From: an uncultured delta proteobacterium
GTDB taxonomy: Bacteria > Desulfobacterota > Zymogenia > Zymogenales > Zymogenaceae
DNA length: 64,000 bases
Assembly: GCA_963792965.1 (NCBI GenBank)
Contig: CAWBYW010000007.1
Span: 576,001 to 640,000 of the forward strand
Reading direction: 5' to 3'
The number at the start of each line of letters is the position of its first letter. The stretch's first letter is position 1. The position numbers and the translations under genes were made by a program. The notes below the pieces were generated by a model. It saw nothing but the letters and a program-made list of their open reading frames with translations. It did not search any database and was not told the origin of the DNA. Positions 31,591-39,833 of the stretch are shown here, in pieces.

Positions 31591-31767
31591 GGGGATTGCG
31601 AGCCCCCGTCGGGGGCTCGCAAGGACGGGTTATTACGGACGGGCGAGATATATGCCGCCCCTACGAGTTACCACCCCAAAAAGCAGGCTTTTAGGTGGCC
31701 CCGGTGGGAGAGGAGAGAACAAACACGAGATGGCTTACTGCCTGTAGGGACACGATTTATCGTGTCC
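31591..31767. repeat. Mosaic repeat cluster (half A, variant B, C, B)
   Basis: 31672-31730 nearly repeats 21643-21700 (CACCCCAAAAAGCAGGCTT...GGAGAGAACAAACACGA); GTAGGGACACGATTTATCGTGTCC at 31744. Confidence 0.8.
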
Positions 31768-32070
31768 GCCAGCCACCCCACTCACCTCGAGCCGCCGTCC
31801 CCTTCCCTTGCTCTTCATCGAAGCCTCGTATATTCCCGAGAACAGGTATAATAGTGTCTGTATATTTATGCCTATAATATTATATGCACTAAAATAATGC
31901 TTGAATATTTCACTCCGTTGCGATACATTGCAATAAATTTTTCTATAGAAAACGATGCGCTTCCCCGCAGCTTCGCCACACGGCCCGGTCGGCGGGATAC
32001 GCGTCATCCCGTTTTTCCCGTATCCATTCACTGAGTGACACTTAACCCCTATTATTTTAAGGAGGGCACT

Positions 32071-32949
32071 ATGGTTTCTCAGGAAAAGCACCTTCACTGG
32101 GACATCGAAAAGGGATCGCTATACCTCGTGCAGGAAAAAACGGAGCGCCGGCTTTTCCTGATGAGAAAGGGCTTCATGGATTCATTCTTCGACGAGATCC
32201 TGAACGTCGAGGGAAAAGATGCGCTCTCCATGACGATACGAAAGGTCCTCGAAAAGGCCCGGGCCCGGGACGCCGAGGCCGCCAGGCCCACCGTCGATAC
32301 GCTCAACCGCTTCAAAGACGACTACATCCTGCCGCTTTCGATCGACCGGGAGCAATTGCCCCCCATGTTCACCCATACGGAAGGCACCCGTGAGCTCGTC
32401 GCGTTCGGCTCGGTGGTCTATCTCCTGGAAATCGCCACGATCCTCAATATCCTCAAGGAAGTCAGCGCGGAGATATTGACGCCCCGGGGGGCGCGGGCCA
32501 TCGTCAGGAGTGTCGGAAAGCGGGCGGGGATGACCGTCGGGGATTCCGCGAAGGCCAACTATAACTGGAACGAGATCGACGCCGCCACGGCGTCGCTCGA
32601 CCAGCAGACCCGTGTTATCTTTCCCCTCATGGGATGGGGGGTGCCCTCGGTCGTCTGCAGGAAGGGACGCGACGGCAATTATCTCTTGTTCTTCCGGTGC
32701 CGCAATACCTTCGAGTCCGACGGCGTCTCGTCGGCCCAGCCCGTCTGCACCGTCTTCGCGTCTTTTTTAGAGGGGATAACCGAAAGCATCATGCTCTCGC
32801 TCTCCGGGCAGGCGGCCGAGTGCCGAGAGGTCAGGTGCGCTGCCGCGGGAGACCCATACTGCGCCTTTGCCGTGAAGCTCAAGGCGAAGGGCTCCCCGGC
32901 GCTGGATTGGGCAGCATACGAGGACGAGTGGCGCGCACTGGATACATAG
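32071..32949 (+). CDS. V4R-domain protein
   Basis: GGAGG RBS; MGWG, NTFES, PVCTVF.SFLEG and EVRCAAAGDPYCAF. Confidence 0.8.
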   Translation: MVSQEKHLHWDIEKGSLYLVQEKTERRLFLMRKGFMDSFFDEILNVEGKDALSMTIRKVLEKARARDAEAARPTVDTLNRFKDDYILPLSIDREQLPPMFTHTEGTRELVAFGSVVYLLEIATILNILKEVSAEILTPRGARAIVRSVGKRAGMTVGDSAKANYNWNEIDAATASLDQQTRVIFPLMGWGVPSVVCRKGRDGNYLLFFRCRNTFESDGVSSAQPVCTVFASFLEGITESIMLSLSGQAAECREVRCAAAGDPYCAFAVKLKAKGSPALDWAAYEDEWRALDT

Positions 32950-33055
32950 CGACAGTCGCTTGTGATGACGGATTATTGCAGGCGGGATAGAGAGAAAGGG
33001 GGCAGGCGTTCGGCTGACTCAGACGCTCTGTCCCCTTGTCGTATTCAGCGCTATA

Positions 33056-33217
33056 TCAGCTAAAGTAGGCACGATTGATGCGCCAGCCCACATAGACTCC
33101 CAGGAGGCTGCCGACCCCGCTGAATAGGTAAGCCGTCATGATGCCGAGGCCCGATCCTGCCCACCACCCGATCCAACCGAAGACCGTCATCCCCACGAAG
33201 ATGCATATCTTGTTCAT
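33056..33217 (-). CDS. 53-aa two-TM Gly-rich membrane protein (below ORF-track cutoff)
   Basis: GGAG RBS; MNKICIFVGMTVFGWIGWWAGSGLGIMTAYLFSGVGSLLGVYVGWRINRAYFS. Confidence 0.7.
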   Translation of the reverse strand: MNKICIFVGMTVFGWIGWWAGSGLGIMTAYLFSGVGSLLGVYVGWRINRAYFS

Positions 33218-33386
33218 CTGCGCTCCATGAGGGAGGTCGAGGGGGTCAGGCGTTTGTCCGACATAAGGCTCTTCCGGCTGTCCATATCACATATAGCTGT
33301 GGGCATGACAAGCCGTGCCCACACCCACTATTATTGCTAACCCTATCGCGAAAGGAGAGGACCAGCACGAAACGGGCCTACCATCT

Positions 33387-33410
33387 GTAGGGACACGATT
33401 CATCGTGTTC
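33387..33410 (+). repeat. GTAG-type REP (family B)
   Basis: GTAGGGACACGATTCATCGTGTTC. Confidence 0.8.
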
Positions 33411-33473
33411 GTTTGACCTTGCTGTTCCGGCCTCAACCCTCATCATGAGGGTCGACCCTGTCCCGCCGCTCGC

Positions 33474-35369
33474 CTATTTTGAGGCGAAGAAGAGGAACCT
33501 CGTGTCTCCCCTGTTCGTCGAGTATTCCCCGAGGCATTCCACCTTTGAGAACCCCTTCTTGCTCAAATAATTCGCGATCCAGCCCTCGATGTCGGGCTCC
33601 ATAAAGGCGAATTTCTTCTTCCAGTCCACGGACTCGTTGGGCTGGCCCGTCTCGAAGAAGATCGACGTCGTCTTCTCGCAGAGCGTCGAGAATATCCGAT
33701 CGGCGGTGTCGAAGCCCCACTCCGAGACCCAATGGTGAAAGATCGAGAGGCAGCAGAGCATATCGACCCGGGGCAGTGAGCGCACGGTGTCGATATCTAT
33801 CCCGACGTTAAGGAAGGCGGTGCGGTCCATCTTTCGGATCGCCCTGATCATCATCGCAAAGTCGTAGAGCCTTTTCTTCCTCTCGACGCCGATGGCCACC
33901 GCCCCGCTCTCGCTGGCCATAAACGTGAAGTACCCGATCTCGCAGCCGGTGTCGAGGAACGAAAATGGGGGCGACGGCAGGTGCTTCTTCATCGCGTCCC
34001 ATCTCTCGATGCAATCGCGTTTCGATTTCTTGGAGACCCTGCCGTACACCGGTTGATAGTACCGGGAAGTCCTGGCGGCCGAAAGCGCAACGTCTATGCG
34101 CTGAAACAGGCTCATCGCGCCCGTCAGCGGATCGAGCCCCTTGAAGACCGCCCTGATGCGTCTCCTGAAAGCCTTTCTCTCCGCTTTTCCGAAAGACGGC
34201 AGCACCCTGCCCGACGACACCCCCTCCCCCACGCGCGGCAGCGCCATGCCCGACGAGCCGCCGGCACTCCCGGCGCCGGCGAGGCTCAGGCTCCTGCCTG
34301 TCTGGCCGGACAGGACGAAAAACCACATGCCCAGCATAGCGGTAATGAGCCCGCTGCCCCAGAGGATGGGCAGCCCCGCCTTCTCCTGGTACTCGAGGAG
34401 GGGGAACGCCTGTGTCAGCATGGTCCCCGCTACCGCGTGGGTGAACAGAAACCGGCTTTTGCCGGCGTATATCTCCTCATTTACCACCTTGGTCGTCGGA
34501 TCAACCCGGATAACCATTGCGTGGTACGGATCTGTCGCATGATTTTTCTCCCCTATCTTGTCCATCCCTCCGCCGGAAACGATAAACGTCGTGTCCTTGA
34601 TCCTGGTGCGGACGTAGGAATGGTAGTCGCCGGAGAAAACGTAGTCCACATTGTACTTTTCGATCAGCGACAGAAATCTCTTCTCCCCCTGCATATCACG
34701 GCCCGTGATCGCAGGCGAGACGAAGGTTGCCGACGCATGGGTAAAGACGAAGGTCATGCGCGTGTCTCCCTTCCTGTGGCCCAGCACATCGGCCAGGTAC
34801 GGAAGATACGTCTCTGTATTTACATCGTCCAGGACGACGAAGAGACACCCGTCATGGGTAAAGTGAAAATTGTCTGGCCCGTAGATCGCCTCGAAGGACT
34901 GAGGGGTAAAGGAATAGAACAGTTCGCCCGGATCGTCCGTCGTGACGATGTCACGATTTCCCGCAACGAGGAACACCGGCACACGAACACCCCATGAAGA
35001 AAAATCCGTCATGAACCGCCGGTGATACTCGGCCGTGGGGCCCTTTACGAAATCCCCGAGGATAACTCCGAAGTCCGGGGCGTCACCCCTGATATCATGC
35101 TTGTAAATGGCGGAAAAGAAATCACCCAGCCTCGTATCCCCGACAACGAAGAACGAGAACGGCTTTTCGCCGGTATCTTTTGCCGTGAGCAGATCCACGT
35201 TCTCCGTCTTATTGCCGAGGAACGCCGGCAATTGAATATCTTCTTTAGACTCGCCGTAAATCATTGAGGCGCCGGCGTACGCAAAGGAGGCCAGCGAAAG
35301 CACCATAATCAAGAGGACGACCCTGGACTTAATCTTCGCTTTCTTCTTTGGAATGATGTCGCTTGTCAT
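33474..35369 (-). CDS. Calcineurin-like metallophosphoesterase fused through a TM helix to a class I SAM methyltransferase
   Basis: VGDTR, LGDFV, AGNRD, FTH and SGDYH; TM LPILWGSGLITAMLGMWFFVL; then FLDTGCEIGYF and CLSIFHHW. Confidence 0.75.
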   Translation of the reverse strand: MTSDIIPKKKAKIKSRVVLLIMVLSLASFAYAGASMIYGESKEDIQLPAFLGNKTENVDLLTAKDTGEKPFSFFVVGDTRLGDFFSAIYKHDIRGDAPDFGVILGDFVKGPTAEYHRRFMTDFSSWGVRVPVFLVAGNRDIVTTDDPGELFYSFTPQSFEAIYGPDNFHFTHDGCLFVVLDDVNTETYLPYLADVLGHRKGDTRMTFVFTHASATFVSPAITGRDMQGEKRFLSLIEKYNVDYVFSGDYHSYVRTRIKDTTFIVSGGGMDKIGEKNHATDPYHAMVIRVDPTTKVVNEEIYAGKSRFLFTHAVAGTMLTQAFPLLEYQEKAGLPILWGSGLITAMLGMWFFVLSGQTGRSLSLAGAGSAGGSSGMALPRVGEGVSSGRVLPSFGKAERKAFRRRIRAVFKGLDPLTGAMSLFQRIDVALSAARTSRYYQPVYGRVSKKSKRDCIERWDAMKKHLPSPPFSFLDTGCEIGYFTFMASESGAVAIGVERKKRLYDFAMMIRAIRKMDRTAFLNVGIDIDTVRSLPRVDMLCCLSIFHHWVSEWGFDTADRIFSTLCEKTTSIFFETGQPNESVDWKKKFAFMEPDIEGWIANYLSKKGFSKVECLGEYSTNRGDTRFLFFASK

Positions 35370-35626
35370 ACTGCTTCCTATAAATGAAATCCCAGTTTTT
35401 GCATAATATAAGTTTAATATAACTTCGGCTCGGATAAGTCAAGAAAATGGCGCCTTGTAAAAAGTTATATTTTTCTAATTCGGCGCGCGTACGGAAGACG
35501 CGAAGGGATGGAATCGGGAGCCCGAACGGGGAGGCGATATCACGATGAGACCCGACCCCCTTCCCGTCCCCTTTTTCGCCCGGCTTCATCTCAGCCAAAA
35601 AGTTCTTTCCCACCCGCGAATATTCC

Positions 35627-35668
35627 TTGCGCTTTTTTTTCGTCTGCAGTATAGTTAGCGTCACTTAC
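35627..35668 (+). promoter_or_regulatory. Putative sigma70 promoter with overlapping operator upstream of tetR
   Basis: TTGCGC-17-TATAGT; AGTTAGCGTCACTTAC at 35653. Confidence 0.55.
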
Positions 35669-35744
35669 CAGGCGCGGTGAACACCCCGGGCGTCCGTCCG
35701 GAGAGGGAGACCGCATGCATCCATCACGACGCTAAGGAAACGGC

Positions 35745-36380
35745 ATGACACAATTTGAGGACTTTGACACCCACCATAAGAACTCCCAGCCAAAACACCT
35801 CCCCCCGGGCCGCGTGAAGATCGCCGACTCGTTGAGGCTCCTCCTGAGAGAAAAAGACTTCAACGCCATCACCACCGCCGAAATCGCCAAGAACGCCGGG
35901 GTTACCGAGGCCCTCATCTACAAATATTTCAAGGACAAACGTGACCTCCTCTACCAGGTTCTGGCCGAATACCTCGAACACTATATCGTGCAGGCCCGCC
36001 AGGACCTCGCCGGGATCACCGGCACCCTCAACAAGCTCAGGAAGACCATCTGGATACACATCAACGTCTACGCCACCGATCGCGTCTTTGCGAAGATATT
36101 GATGCTTGAGGTCAGGAGCTTTTCCGACTATTACATGAGCGAGCCCTATCGTCTCGTCAAGGAGTATAGCGTGCTCTTGTCCGATATCCTGAAGGAAGGC
36201 ATTGCCAAGGGCGAGCTCCGAAACGACATCTCGCCCTCGTTCATGCGCCAGGTGATCCTCGGCGGCATCGAGCACGTCTGTCTGACCAGGGTGGTCTTCA
36301 ACCGCGAGATCCAGCCCGACGCCATGACCGAAGACCTGACGCGGGTAATCTTCAAAGGGATAGAAAAGCGAGGCAAATAA
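35745..36380 (+). CDS. TetR/AcrR-family regulator
   Basis: ITTAEIAKNAGVTEALIYKYFKDKRDL. Confidence 0.9.
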   Translation: MTQFEDFDTHHKNSQPKHLPPGRVKIADSLRLLLREKDFNAITTAEIAKNAGVTEALIYKYFKDKRDLLYQVLAEYLEHYIVQARQDLAGITGTLNKLRKTIWIHINVYATDRVFAKILMLEVRSFSDYYMSEPYRLVKEYSVLLSDILKEGIAKGELRNDISPSFMRQVILGGIEHVCLTRVVFNREIQPDAMTEDLTRVIFKGIEKRGK

Positions 36381-36410
36381 AGAAAAATCGGCCCGAGCCG
36401 GATATTTCTC

Positions 36411-36442
36411 TTGACAAAAAAAGGTAAGTTAGTATCATTAAC
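36411..36442 (+). promoter_or_regulatory. Putative sigma70 promoter with overlapping operator upstream of the ligase
   Basis: TTGACA-16-TATCAT; AGTTAGTATCATTAAC at 36427. Confidence 0.6.
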
Positions 36443-36541
36443 CTGCCGGTCGTTTTTTGTGGTTAGTGGTAAATAGTAAGTAATTACAGTACATTATCGT
36501 AATTGAAGTTTATTTACTAACACCCACTGCGGAGTCCTACC

Positions 36542-38242
36542 ATGAAACGAGAGAGATTCTGGACCAAGTCCTACGGGCAAGAAATCAAGGACGTCGACCC
36601 CAAGCTCTTCGAGACGACCACCGTGGACCTCTACAAGAAGAGGTTCGAGAAAAGCCCGGCCGATCCTGCCTACGTCTTTATGGGCGTCCCGATAACTTTT
36701 GCCGAGTTCGACAGGCTGACAAACCGCTTCGCCAACATGCTCATCAAAAACGGACTCAAAAAGGGCGACGTCGTTGGGGTCAACCTCCCCAACATCCCGG
36801 CCTTCCCCATCGCCTGGCTGGGCACGCTGAAAGCGGGGTGCGTCTTCATGGGGGTATCGCCCCTCCTTTCCCCCGAGGAGATGGAGCACCAGCTGCGTGA
36901 CTCCGAGGCCAAGGCACTGGTGACACTCGATGTCCTGTTCGCCTTCCGGGTCGTCAACATCGCACCGAAGCTCCCCAAGCTCACGCTCATCATGGCCGGG
37001 AGCGTCGTGGACTTCCTGCCCAAGTTCAAGCAGGTCCTGGCCAAGGCCCTCAAGAAGGTCCCCACCGGAAAGGTGACACCGCTTGCCGGAAAGACCGTCT
37101 ACCACTTCACCGAGACGATCGCCAAGGGCGCATTTCCCGACACGGCCCCGAACGTCAAGCTCGGTCCCAATGACACAGCGCTCCTCATGTACACCGGCGG
37201 CACGACGGGCGTGCCCAAGGGCGCGGTCATCACCCATCGTAACAACGTCGCGGAGGTCCTCGTATCCACTCAGTACATGCAGTGGGACAAACTCAAAGCA
37301 CGGGCACTCTCGGCCTTCCCGATGTTTCATATCGCCGGCATGGCGTTCAACGAGATATCCGTCTACAACGGTTGGACCCAGATTCTGCTCCCCGACCCCC
37401 GCAACACGGACTTTATCTGCGATGTGCTGGCAAAGTACAAGCCCGTCCTCATCGCCAACGTCCCCTCGCTCTATCATATGCTGATGGCCAACCCCCGCTT
37501 CAGGAAGCTCGATCACGCAAACCTGACTCAGTGCGTCTCGGCGGCGGCGCCCTTTCCGGTCGAGTCACAGAAGGAGCTCGAGTCAATTATCGGGAAGAAC
37601 AAGCTTATCGAGCTCTACGGCATGACCGAGACCACCGCCATCAGCGTCATGAACCCGCTTAAGGGCGCGCGCAAGCTCGGCACCATCGGCCTGCCGCTTC
37701 CCAACACGGACATCAAGCTCCTCGAGCCCGGTACCGGGCGGGAGGTTAAGCAGGGAGAGGCCGGCGAGTTCTGCGTTAAGTGTCCGCAGCTCATGAAGGG
37801 GTACTACAAAAAACCCGAGGAGGACAAGAAGTCCTTTGACAGCGAGGGCTTTTTCCACACGGGCGACGTGATGGTTCAGGATAAGGACGGCTACCTGACG
37901 ATCGTCGACCGAACCAAGGACATGATCATCGTTTCCGGCTTCAAGGTCTTTTCAAAAAAGGTAGAGGACATCCTGGCCAAACACCCGGCCGTCGAAATGA
38001 TCGCCACCATCGGCGTCGCCGACCCGAAGAGGCCCGGCTCCGAGCTCGTCCGGGCCTACGTGACGCTGGTGCCCGGGTACGACTACGGCGGCGACCAGGA
38101 AAAGCTCAAATCCGAGATTATCGCCATGGCCAAGGCGAAGCTTGCGCCCTACGAAGTCCCCAAGGAGATCGTGATCAGAAAAGAGATGCCGCTCACGTCC
38201 GTGGGTAAGCTCGACAAGAAACAGCTGAGAAAAAACCCATAA
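36542..38242 (+). CDS. Long-chain acyl-CoA ligase (AMP-binding)
   Basis: MYTGGTTGVPKG, LYGMTET, FHTGD, VDRTKDMII and LTSVGK. Confidence 0.92.
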   Translation: MKRERFWTKSYGQEIKDVDPKLFETTTVDLYKKRFEKSPADPAYVFMGVPITFAEFDRLTNRFANMLIKNGLKKGDVVGVNLPNIPAFPIAWLGTLKAGCVFMGVSPLLSPEEMEHQLRDSEAKALVTLDVLFAFRVVNIAPKLPKLTLIMAGSVVDFLPKFKQVLAKALKKVPTGKVTPLAGKTVYHFTETIAKGAFPDTAPNVKLGPNDTALLMYTGGTTGVPKGAVITHRNNVAEVLVSTQYMQWDKLKARALSAFPMFHIAGMAFNEISVYNGWTQILLPDPRNTDFICDVLAKYKPVLIANVPSLYHMLMANPRFRKLDHANLTQCVSAAAPFPVESQKELESIIGKNKLIELYGMTETTAISVMNPLKGARKLGTIGLPLPNTDIKLLEPGTGREVKQGEAGEFCVKCPQLMKGYYKKPEEDKKSFDSEGFFHTGDVMVQDKDGYLTIVDRTKDMIIVSGFKVFSKKVEDILAKHPAVEMIATIGVADPKRPGSELVRAYVTLVPGYDYGGDQEKLKSEIIAMAKAKLAPYEVPKEIVIRKEMPLTSVGKLDKKQLRKNP

Positions 38243-38279
38243 CATATTTACGAACCATTCTTTTTTAAGGGAGGTCAAC

Positions 38280-39251
38280 ATGAAACCCGAAGAGTATATC
38301 TGGGACTTTAGAAATCCCTACCTCTGGATGGACCGCGTGGTGCGCAGCGCTTTCCCGCCGATGATCATCACGTGCGCCATCACCGGCGGCGTCCAGGGAA
38401 AGGAATCCAACGAGAGTCTTCCTGAGAGCGCCGAGGAGCAGGCCGATCAGGTCTTCGAGGCCTATAAGGCCGGCGCGGTCTCCGTACACATCCATGCGCG
38501 CGACCCGAATAATCTGGCCATGACGACGAAGAACCCTGAGGACTATTCGCGGGTCAACAAGCTGATCCGGGAGCGCTGCCCCGACATCATCATCAACAAC
38601 ACCACCGGCGGCGGCCCCTGGCTCTCGACGGAGGAGCGCATGTGCTGCCTCTTTGCCGACCCGAAGCCGGACATGGCCAGCCTCAACCTCGGCCCCTTCG
38701 TCCTCAAGGTCTCACTCAAGGACAGGAAAGAGCCGCTGAAGAATCCCCGGGCCGGCTTTTTGTTCGACACCTGCATTCCTTGCTCCTATGCCGATGTCAA
38801 CCTCTACGCCAAGACGATGAAGGAAAAGGGAATCAAGCCCGAGGTGGAGCTCTACCAGCCGGGGCAATACCACGTGCTTCAGGACCTCATGCGGGAAGGG
38901 AACATCGATCCCCCCTTCATGATTCAGTACGTCATGGGATTCCAGACCTCCTCATACCCCACCCCGGCAAACGTCCTGGGACTCATCAACGAGCTGCCAC
39001 CTAATTCGATGTTTTCCCTCATCGGCGTGGGGCCGTTCCAGATTCCGATGAACGTCTTCTCCATCCTGCTTGGCGGACACATCCGCGTGGGCATGGAAGA
39101 TAACCTCTATTATCGCAAGGGCGAAAAGCTCAAAAAGAACGCCCAGCTCGTGGAGCGGATTATCCGGATCGCCAAAGAGATGAACCGGCCGATCGCCACC
39201 GTCGCCCAGGCGCGGGAGATGCTGGGTCTTCCCGCCAAGCCGGCAAAATGA
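38280..39251 (+). CDS. Beta-keto acid cleavage enzyme (BKACE/Kce, DUF849)
   Basis: IITCAITG, AGAVSVHIHARD, NNTTGG, MASLNLG, KPEVE and GGHIRVGMEDN. Confidence 0.9.
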   Translation: MKPEEYIWDFRNPYLWMDRVVRSAFPPMIITCAITGGVQGKESNESLPESAEEQADQVFEAYKAGAVSVHIHARDPNNLAMTTKNPEDYSRVNKLIRERCPDIIINNTTGGGPWLSTEERMCCLFADPKPDMASLNLGPFVLKVSLKDRKEPLKNPRAGFLFDTCIPCSYADVNLYAKTMKEKGIKPEVELYQPGQYHVLQDLMREGNIDPPFMIQYVMGFQTSSYPTPANVLGLINELPPNSMFSLIGVGPFQIPMNVFSILLGGHIRVGMEDNLYYRKGEKLKKNAQLVERIIRIAKEMNRPIATVAQAREMLGLPAKPAK

Positions 39252-39267
39252 CAACCAGCTATATCAC

Positions 39268-39300
39268 AGGGGGCCGGCCCTTCGATGCCGGCCCCCTTTT
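39268..39300 (+). terminator. Intrinsic terminator after the BKACE gene
   Basis: GGGGGCCGGC-loop-GCCGGCCCCC followed by TTTT. Confidence 0.7.
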
Positions 39301-39327
39301 CATCACGTATCCTATGCGGAGGCTTAC

Positions 39328-39786
39328 ATGGCCGATTGGAAAAAAGACGTTAAGAACATCATCTACGAGGGGCAGATAAAAGTCCCTTATAAGTGGAACG
39401 TGGGGGAGACCGGAAGCCGTTTCCTGATCGCCTTGAGAGACAAGAAAGAGATCTGGGGGACCAGATGCCCTAAGTGCAAAAAGGTCTATGTCCCTCCGGT
39501 CAAGACGTGCGGCGAATGTTTCGTCCCGTGCGACCAGTGGCTGCAGGTCAAGGACACCGGGACCGTCGAATCGTTCACCGTGGTCCACTACCCCCACTCG
39601 ATGCAACCGATAAAACCCCCCTTCGCCTACGGGCTCATCAAGCTGGACGGCGCCGACGGGGCGCTGCTCCATCTTATCGGCGGCGTCGATCCGGCTAAGA
39701 TCAGCCAGGGGATGAAGGTAAAAGCTGTCTATGCCGATAAGCGAGAGGGATCGATCCTCGATATCAAATACTTCTCTCCCGTATAA
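39328..39786 (+). CDS. DUF35 Zn-ribbon/OB-fold protein
   Basis: CPKC..YVPP..CGEC, GTVESFTVVH and LIKLDGAD. Confidence 0.9.
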   Translation: MADWKKDVKNIIYEGQIKVPYKWNVGETGSRFLIALRDKKEIWGTRCPKCKKVYVPPVKTCGECFVPCDQWLQVKDTGTVESFTVVHYPHSMQPIKPPFAYGLIKLDGADGALLHLIGGVDPAKISQGMKVKAVYADKREGSILDIKYFSPV

Positions 39787-39833
39787 AGAGGGCGCGGCTT
39801 ATCCGCGTTCTATTCATGAAAAGGAAGGTTGCT

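Noticed and set aside
19200-35400. Prophage or autonomous mobile element covering the accessory zone
   Set aside because: No integrase, transposase, structural gene, tRNA target or long flanking direct repeat was recognised.
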